Positions 54,381 through 64,000 of a stretch of DNA of 64,000 bases are shown here, in pieces. The stretch's first letter is position 1. Every line of letters starts with the position of its first letter. Below the pieces are notes generated by a model. That model was not told the origin of the DNA and made no database searches. It worked only from the letters and a program-made list of their open reading frames with translations. Origin of the DNA: the human T2T-CHM13v2.0 reference genome, Homo sapiens; assembly GCF_009914755.1 (NCBI RefSeq), contig NC_060933.1; one strand, written 5' to 3'. The translations under genes were made by a program, and so were the position numbers.

Positions 54381-55241
54381 CAACTTTATAATGCAGGAGA
54401 AAAGTTAGCCTTTTAAATGAGGTTAAGTACCCCGAGAGTGATGGTAAATAGAACAGGCAGCTCTTTAAGTGGAAATAAAGTGCTTTCAGTACCGTCATAA
54501 AGCTGCAAAACGCAGCTTAGCTGGGAGAAGTGGATTTCACGTGGGAGAGAGAGCAAATTAGAATGCAGGCTCAAGAGCGATTTAAGAGGGGCCCTTCAAC
54601 CACGGAAAGAAAGGGAGAGGGAGAAGGGAGGAGAAAGAGAGAGTCTGATTGATTGATTATGGCCAACTGTGAGAAGCAGAATTCCACACTGAGGTCTGGC
54701 AGCACCCTAACAGGCACTTCTGCTCTCCCCCCACGATGTGCCCACCCCACCTCTTGCAGCCGAGCAATGCAACCTCAATAGGAAAACAATCTGACTTCAG
54801 TGCAATTTCACTCCTAAGGATTTTCCACATATTTAAAGATGCTTTGCATATTTTTTTTCTAAAATCCCCCATGAGACTCTACAGTATGTTCCTGAATTCT
54901 TTTTAACCTCTTAACTTGTCAAAAGAGCATTTCAAACCCTAGATCTCAGGGGTCCCTGCCAGGCATTTTCAAGTTTGATTTTTGTGGGGAGGACATCAAC
55001 AAGTTAAAACCTAAATGAGCAACAAAGTAAGTGTCATTTTGTGTTTTCTTGGGTTAAGACAAACAATAAAGGCTGGCTTGATATGTTAACAACATTCCCG
55101 ATTTACTTGGTCAGAACCCAAACCCCAAAGAGGCTGAATTGAAGTTACATTCTGTCTCCCGCTGCAGCGAGGTGACGTGCGTTATCAGTTTTGTCTTCCA
55201 TGTCTTCCTCATCCTGCTGTTTGCTCCACGGCTCTTGACAG

Positions 55242-55306
55242 GATGGAGACGAGGAAAGAACTTCCACATCCACATTCAAAACGTCTGCCAGAACTCCCTC
55301 AGGCAA
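55242..55306 (+). ncRNA. Candidate internal exon of a lncRNA from the CpG island
   Basis: About 50-nt AG-free pyrimidine tract ending TTGACAG; donor CAA|GTAAGA (or CAG|GCAAGT). Confidence 0.35.
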
Positions 55307-56539
55307 GTAAGAGATGATTTCTCTTCGAGAGCTTTGCATGTTGATGAGACAGTGAGTCAGGAAGAGATTGGATTGAACTTGCTTGAATATAAAGCTGCTT
55401 GAGATTTTCAAATTGGAGTCTTGTACCCTTTCTATAGAAAAAGTCACTGGCTTGTCACTACTCGGAGCATGAATTTCCACGTTACTAGAGTTTCTTTGAT
55501 CTTTAGAGAGAAAGTGTGAAATAGTTAAAGGCTTGAAAGTGGCCAGAAAATTCATAAACATGCATTCAAAAATAATTTCATTCCGTTCTAAAATTAGAAA
55601 TGGAAAAAGTCAAGGGAATCAAAACAAGTTGTTAAAATCAGTATTCATGTTGGATCAAATCTTTGTTTGTTTCAAATTCATTTTATTGATTCTTGAAAAG
55701 CCCTGGGAGGAGGTGACTCATACTATTCCCTCTGAACATAGTTGCAAACCATGTTCCTGAGAAAGGATGACTCTCCCAAAATATATGGCATGCAGCGGGG
55801 CAGGGGCCTGGGCCTCAGAGCCTTTTCCCTTGTCGGAATGCAAACTTCCATTCTGGGAATGTAAATTGTGTAGATGATAATATCATGCTTTGGCTGTTGG
55901 AAGAAGAAGCATTCAGGAAACGTGCCTCAGGCATATTCAGTTTGTTGAAAAACTAAGAATGTCACATATACAGTTTGGCCACCTACTTCACAGTGGTAAC
56001 TTAATATAGCATTGTTATTTTTCTATACAGCCAGAATGCTAAATTTGATAGTTGAATAGTTACTGGATTTGTTTCAGAAGGAAACGTCTAGATTCTATGC
56101 TGAACAGCTCTCTAAAGGAACAACAGAAGCAGAATATTTTTCTAGAAGACATAGAATTTGGCTAGGGCACTTAAAAAAATCTATTAATAGATCCTCATGC
56201 CAGAGATTCAATAACATACTAGTGTCCTGAGCAAATTGTACAAGGCACTGTGCCTGGCCCACCCTTCTGCCCCACTGGGCCTGGGTTAACAGCCCAGTGT
56301 GTCTAGGCTGGGCACTGGCATGTCTAGATGCACTGACTTTTTTCTTATGTACACACACTTAGAGTTTACAGGTACATGTTCTTCTTTGTGTGTTTGCTAT
56401 ATTTGATAGAGAGCTATCTTTTTTCTTAAATGGATGGAATACAATTATTTAACATATCTTTTTCCTTAAGTGGATGGAATATAATGTATTTAACAATTCT
56501 TCCTGTTGTTTCTAATCCAATGGCTAAACACCCAAACAA

Positions 56540-57700
56540 ACGAGCCCTGATTTGAATTTGCAATTTCCTGAGACTGGACATTTTTATATATGTTTATTAG
56601 CTACCTGTATTTCGTTTTCTGTAAATAGCCTATTTATTTTGTCAATTTTTCTGTTTCGTTGTTTGCATTGTTCTTATGGTTTTGTGGATGCTCATTATAC
56701 ATTCCGGATACTATTTATTTGTTTGATAAAATCTCCCTGTCTGTTACTTGTCTTCTCCAAATGTTTCCGAACAGCTATTCTTGTGCATTTTCTTTTGCAT
56801 ATAAACTTGAGAATCAATTTGACAATTCCAACTAAAAAGAGAAATCTTTGAATTTTTATTGTGATTGAAATGAGTTTATATTATTTGGGAAGAATTGCAA
56901 TCTTTATAATATTCAGGCATCCTTTCAGGAAAATGATAGGTCTTTCTATTTATTCAAAATGATTTGTGTTCTTTAAGGTTCAACTGTAGATTTCCAATAG
57001 ATAGCCTCTATTAGGTTGAGGGAATATTTTCTTTTTTTTTTTTTTTTTTTTTTTTTTGAGACAGAGTCTCGCTGTCGCCCAGGCTGGACTGCAGTGGCGC
57101 AATCTCGGCTCACTGCAGTCTCCGCCCCCTGGGGTTCACGCCATTCTCCTGCCTCAGCCTCCCAAGTAGCTGGGACTACAGGCGCCCGCCACCTCGCCCG
57201 GCTAATTTTTTTTTTGTATTTTTAGTAGAGACGGGGTTTCACCGTGTTAGCCAGGATGGTCTCGATCTCCTGACCTCGTGATCCGCCCGCCTCGGCCTCC
57301 CAAAGTGCTGGGATTACAGGCGTGAGCCACCGCGCCCGGCCGGAATATTTTCTATTAATAAGTGAGCAAGGATTTTTCCTTAATTAGGAAAAAATATTGA
57401 ATATTTTAAAATAATTTTATATCCATTGAGAGAATACATAGTTTTTCTCCTTTGTCCATGAAGGGGATAAACTATGTCAGTAGATTTTCTGATATTGAAC
57501 CATTCTTACATTCGAGATATTAGTCCTGATTCTTCATAATATTTTACTTCTTTATTATAAAATTAAAATCAGTGAGCTAAAATTTACTTGGAATTTTCAT
57601 ATTTATGTTCATAATTATATAAACCATAATTATATGATTTTTTTTTCTTGTACTCTTACCTAGTTTGGGATAAGGATTATATGAACTTTATACAATGAGT
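56540..57700 (-). mobile_element. Very old L1M fragments
   Basis: T-rich, TTTGCATATAAACTTGAGAATCAATTTG, TTTGGGAAGAATTG..ATCTTTATAATATT. Confidence 0.6.
57033..57341 (-). mobile_element. Young AluY (Ye5-like)
   Basis: CpG-rich, pure T tail, perfect 12-bp TSD GGAATATTTTCT; CCCCCTGGGGTTCACG and CCACCTCGCCC variants. Confidence 0.93.
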
Positions 57701-57710
57701 TGGGACATGT

Positions 57711-58078
57711 TGATATGGTTTGGCTGTGTCCCCAGCCCAATCTCATCTTAAATTGTAGCTCTCATAATTCCCAGGTGTCATGGAAGGGACACGGTGGGAG
57801 GTAATTGAATCATGGGGGGGGGGGGGTCTTTCCCATGCTGTTCTCATGATAGTGAATAAGTCTCACAAGATCTGATAGTTGTATAAAGGGCAGTTCCCCT
57901 GCACACATCCTCTTGTCTGCTGCCATGTAAGAAGTTCCTTTGCTCTTCCTTTGTCTTCCACCCTGATTATGAGGCCTCTCCAGCCATGTGGAACTGTGAG
58001 TCAATTAAACCTCTTTCCTTTATAAATTACCCAGTCTTGGGTATGTCTTTATTAGCAGCATGAGAGCAGACTAATACA
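57711..58078 (+). mobile_element. THE1 (B/C) solo LTR
   Basis: Canonical termini, perfect TSD CATGT. Confidence 0.95.
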
Positions 58079-58080
58079 CA

Positions 58081-58355
58081 TGTCTTGTCCATTTCCTGTT
58101 GCTGTAACAGAATACCACAGACTGGATAATTTATAAAGAAAATAAGTTTTTTGGCTCATGGTTCTGAAGGCTGGTAAGTCCAATAGCATGTTGATGGCCT
58201 CTGGCAAGGGTCATTCCACTCCCGAGATAACAGCATTGACCCACTTATGGTGCCCCCATGACATAATTCTCAAAGGCCCCTCTTCTTAATACTATTACAG
58301 TGGCAATGAAATTTCAGCATGAGTTTCAAAGGGCTCAAGCATTCAAATCAAAGCA
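58081..58355 (-). mobile_element. MSTB/C-type LTR, internally deleted
   Basis: TGTCTTGTCCATTTCCTGTTGCTGTAACAGAATACC...CATTCAAATCAAAGCA. Confidence 0.8.
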
Positions 58356-58835
58356 GAACATATGTCTCATTTTTTACTTACTGAAAAAAACATATGTAAG
58401 ATAGGGAATACTTATTCCTTGCAAATTTGGTAAAACCTACCTATAACCTCTGGGTCTGGGACTTTTTCAGGGACAGGGTAAAGTGTTTTTGAAGGGAGGA
58501 TTCTCACAACAAGCTGGATACTTTGGTAGGCCTATAGGTTACTTTCTGTTATAATTCTACCCTCTGCTTCCATGATTTAAGATGAATGCTTACAGCTTTC
58601 AGCTGTGTTTGCTCTCAAATTTATTTACAAGTATACCTGTATAATTATTTTATTTAATTTAACATTATATAGACCAATGGAATAGTTGCCAAAAAAAAGA
58701 GTTTTCATTTTCATGAAGACTAAGTTGAATACTTTAGGAGGACTAGATATAATTGAGTCACTTAGATAAATGATTGGTACTTAAATGTTCTAATACAACT
58801 GGAAACAATGGGTGGATGCAGGAATTTATATCCTT

Positions 58836-58988
58836 ATTACTCAAAGTGTGGCCCATGCACCAGTATCACCTGGAAGCCTGTTAGAAATGCCAAATCTCAG
58901 AACCCCACCCACACCTACTGAGTCAGACTCTGCATTTTAACAAGATCCCCAAGACACTTGTTTGCACATTGAAGTTTGAGAAGCTCTG
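58836..58988. mobile_element. MER5A
   Basis: CTCAAAGTGTGG, ATCACCTGG..GTTAGAAATGC, TGCATTTTAACAAGATCCCC, AGTTTGAGAA. Confidence 0.85.
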
Positions 58989-59015
58989 ATTTACAAGAAT
59001 TCCACAATTGGAGTA

Positions 59016-60001
<986 letters not shown>

Positions 60002-62094
60002 AACAGTATATGTTTTAACATTTTCCCTTTGTTTCAAAAATCAAAACCCATAAATATCAAAAGTGAACTATAAGTGTTTACATAAGAAAAATGAGGTAGA
60101 AATCCAATCAGAAGTCCAATTTTAAAGAGAAGGCATTAACCCTGCATAAAACATTGGTGAGTGAATATATGTTTTTATGGTTTCAATTAAAGTAAAAGTT
60201 TGAGATCCATAATGACTTTCTTTATAATTCTTCACTTTAAACACTTTTTTCACTTAACCAACTGATTATTGGCCTGGACTGTGTTGGATAAGAGGGATTC
60301 TACTGTAATTTATATTTTCCTGGATTAGCATTACTTTCATCTAAAGTCTCAAAAATATTGACATAGAGCTGTATTCAGTTCTAATCTTTTTATAACTTCA
60401 ATTTTGGACACCTTTTCACTTCAAATGCTTTCATTTATGCCTGGGTCTGCTTACTGTTTTTGTTTTTTACTTGTTCAGAATGGCCAGAAATTTATTTAAA
60501 TTATTTTTTATTTTCAAAGCACTACCATTCTGCTTGTTTATACTCTCTTTCACTGATGTTTACTTTTATTTTTATTATTTTCTTACTTTTGCTATCTTTG
60601 CACTTATTTTATTATTTTTTTCTGCCTCTCTTGTTTTCTAGCACCAGGATTGAGAGCTACAAATTTTCCTCTGATGACTGCTTTGTCCATGTCTTTCATG
60701 ACGTGGTACTCTCATGGACATTCATTTTTCAATCCATAACTAACTGCAGTTATTTAGTTTTTATTTTCTTTTTTATCTTAAGGGGTGTTTTAAAATATTG
60801 AAATAGAACCATTTTGCCAGCCTTTTGATATTAATGCTTACTTTTTCTGCAGTCTGTTCAGAAAAGGTGGCTTATCTGATTTTTTGATTTTGGAATTTCT
60901 TAAGATGTTCTCTGTGTTCTACCTTAGCAACAATTTTTGTGGATATTCTGTTTGTGTTTGAGAAGAGGGTATGGTCTTTGTTGGCATAAGAGAAATGTGT
61001 CTGTATGTATAGATTTATATACATTTATAGTTAAGCTTGTTAATTATGCTATTCTACTCTTCTACATCCTTTTTTTTTTTTTTGTCTCCCTTGTCAAACT
61101 GCCCACCCAGCAGTTATTCCACTCCACTTTATTTGCCCATACACCCTGATATTTTTTTCAGGGGTAGCAATATGCCCATGCTAGGAGACAAATGATGATT
61201 AAATCTAAGCCAGCATTTCTTAACAGAGGCCTTGCTGACATTTTGCTCCTGCATAGGACACTGATGTAAGAGCATAAGATCTAGAGCTATGGCAGCCATC
61301 TTGTGATCATTAGGCATGTTTACTCGTTTTCAAGTTTATTTGCTCACCGCTTCTGGTGTAGTCTTCATGTTTCCTTTGTATTTATTTTTGTTTTGCTCAC
61401 GCACATTTCTTTAAAAAAAAATCCATCACAGACGGTCCATCAGTGGTACATTTTCTGAGTTCTTGGTGCCTAACAATGTCTGTTGTTTGTCTGCTATAGT
61501 TTTGCATTTCACTGACCTTGGGCCTGATCTCCCCAAACCCTCCTGCCTCACATTGTTTTCTCCAGTATTCATTTTGCTCTGGCTTTATTTTTCATGGGAG
61601 TTCATCCTGTTTGCGTTCTGTCTTTCAGAAACTGTTCAAGATCTCTCTTACCCCATGGCACTCTTTTATTTTCCTGCATCACTAAGGATTTTATTTTAAA
61701 ATTTTCTTTTCTTGTCATTTTGTGGGAATTGGGGTTGAAATGATGGTAGATACATGAGTTCAGTCAGTCATCATAATTCCATATACAACTTTTTTAACAG
61801 AAAAATCAATAATTCACTCTTTAGAAATGTATAGAGCAGTAACAGTTTTCAAGTGATTCCATTTGGGCTTAGGAATAGGCTGATTCCTGTTCTGTGGGTT
61901 TTTTTCCTCCCCTGGCTATGTTTTATGTTCTCTGTTTCTGGTACCATTTAAAATATGCACTTTCTTCTAAGCAGATCCCCAGCCTAAACAGAGAGCAAAG
62001 CACAAATATACATCACACTGGAGACAGGCCAGGCTTGGCATCCAGTAGCTCTTCAATTTAGGTTTGCCCTGCCACCCAAAGAGGGCATACTTAA

Positions 62095-62345
62095 GGCTTG
62101 GCGCGGTGGCTCACGCCTGTAATTCCAACACTTTGGGAGGTGAGGTGGGCAGATCACTTGAGGCCAGGAGTTTGAGACAAGACTCGCCAACATGGTAAAA
62201 CCCTGTCTCTACTAAAAATACAAAAAGAGGCAGGAGAATCACTTGAACTGGGAGGTGGAAGTTGCAATTAGCCTAGATGGTGCCACTGCACTACAGCCTG
62301 GGCGACAGAGTGAGACTCTGTCTCAAAAACAAAACAAAACAAAAC
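62095..62345 (+). mobile_element. AluS lacking the start of the right arm
   Basis: A-linker joins directly to GAGGCAGGAGAATC. Confidence 0.9.
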
Positions 62346-63038
62346 ACCACCACAAAACACACACAAAGTGGGCACCCTTTATTCCATTGAGCAACCTTGC
62401 CCCAATTTCCAGTAATATTTTCCTCAAATAAAAATGTGGTCTCCTAGGTACATACCAGGCAGCTCTTGTTTAAAGTGGAGAATTTACCAAAAGTAAGTGA
62501 TAGAACCAGGGGCCCTTGTACCTGTGGCTCAGGCCCCATGGGAACTGCGATCTGTTTATGGGCTTTAAGCAGAAAGCCCCAGGTTCTAAGGGGTCAGGGT
62601 GCCAAGGTGGCCTGGATAAGTGGATTAGGGGTTTGGAGCCAATGTCCACTCTCCATGTGTGACCCAGGGCAAACTATTGAGACTCTGCAGACTGCATGTC
62701 CTTAACCATGAGATGGTGAAATAGCCATGTCTGCTTCATGGTTCCATTGTAACAAGTAAATCACATGCATGGTGCTCAAGGCCAGGGTTGGCACCCTATG
62801 AGCACTCTGTAGGCTGCAACCGCTGCTCTCACTGCAACCCCTGAGGTGCCTGTCCTCACCACCAGCTGCACATTCCAGGATGAAGTTTGGATGCTTGCAT
62901 CATCAGGAGTCACCAGGAACAGCCTAAGTACTGATGTAAACATAAATCTTAAAATGCTGCTGTCTACAGATACAAAAAATACAGGCACCCAGGTCAAACT
63001 AGGCAATGCGATGTGTGTGTTCATGCTTTATGTGTGTG

Positions 63039-64000
63039 CAGTCAAGTGCCGCATAGTGATGTCTGGGTCAACACTGGACCACATAGGGTCCGGTGGTCCC
63101 TTAGGTTACAGTGCAGCTGAAAAATTCCTATCATCTAGTGACCAACGCATTGCTGACGCAAATCTGTGATGAAAAGAAGAAACAAACCAAGCAAACCATC
63201 ATGATCGTGTTTCTGAAAAGAGTGACATCTCCTCAAGAAGAGCCTCAGGCAGGTCCTGCAGGAGGGACTCCAGAAAAAGGCATTGTTATCACAGATGACA
63301 GCTCCATGCGCACAGATGACAGCTCCATGCGTGTTACTGTCCCTGAAGACCTTCCAGTGGGACAAGAAGTGGAGGTGGAAGACAGTGATATGGATGATAC
63401 TGACCCTGTGGAGGCCTCGGCTAATGTATGTGTTTGTGTCTTGGTTTTTTTTTTTTTTTTTCACAAAACAATTCAAACGGTTTAAAAAATTAAACATTTT
63501 AAAATAGAAAAAAGCTTATAGAATAGGGATAGAAAGAAAATATTTTTGTCCAGCTATACAATGTGTTTGTGTCTTAAGCAAAGAATTATTATAAAAGAGT
63601 AAAAATGTTTTTTAAAAAAATTTAAGTTTAGACAGTAAAAATGTTATGGTAGGCTAAGGATAATTAATTATTAAAGAAAGAAAATTTTTAATAAACTTAG
63701 TGTAGTCTAAGTGTACAGTATTTATAATGTCTGCTTGAGTATACAGTAATGTCCTAGGCCTTCACATTCACCCCCACTCACTGACTCACCCAGAGCAACT
63801 TGCAACCCTGCCAGCTCCATTCATGGTGAGTGTCCTATACAGGTGTACCATTTTTTATTTTTTAGACTGTATTTTTACTGTACCTTTTCTATGTTTATAT
63901 TGTTTCAATATACAAATACTTGCTATTGTATTACAGTTGCCTACAATTTTCAATAAAGTAACATGCCGAACAGGTTTATAGTCTAGGAGCAATAGGCTAT
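63039..64000 (+). mobile_element. Tigger3b-type element, runs off the window
   Basis: CAGTCAAGTGCCGCATA start; CCTGAAGACCTTCCAGTGGGACAAG core; internal 21-bp tandem duplication near 63291-63332. Confidence 0.88.

Noticed and set aside
55145-55561. 138-aa minus-strand ORF
   Set aside because: No recognisable homology; length attainable by chance
56415-56495. About 40-bp imperfect tandem duplication (similar ones at 22518-22561 and 63291-63332)
   Set aside because: Ordinary slippage duplications in or beside decayed repeats

Overview
Primate (almost certainly human) non-coding genomic DNA, dominated by interspersed repeats: about 16 Alu copies, L1 fragments of several ages, L2/MIR, ERV1/ERVL/MaLR solo LTRs, and Tigger/hAT DNA transposon fossils including a near full-length Tigger1. 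No intact protein-coding gene is supportable; the only ORFs with recognisable homology are decayed L1 ORF1/ORF2 and Tigger transposase pieces. A CpG-island-like promoter at about 53.4-54.4 kb with plausible splice sites suggests a lncRNA locus, which I cannot name. I found no evidence of a new multi-gene biological system. The most notable observations are three short templated-insertion scars, two 5'-inverted L1s, a minisatellite built from steroid-response-element-like units, a nuclear-receptor half-site cluster with a perfect DR2, a four-level transposon nest, and several enhancer-like motif clusters. Repeat subfamily names come from my recall of consensus sequences, not from a RepeatMasker run, and boundaries without TSDs are approximate.
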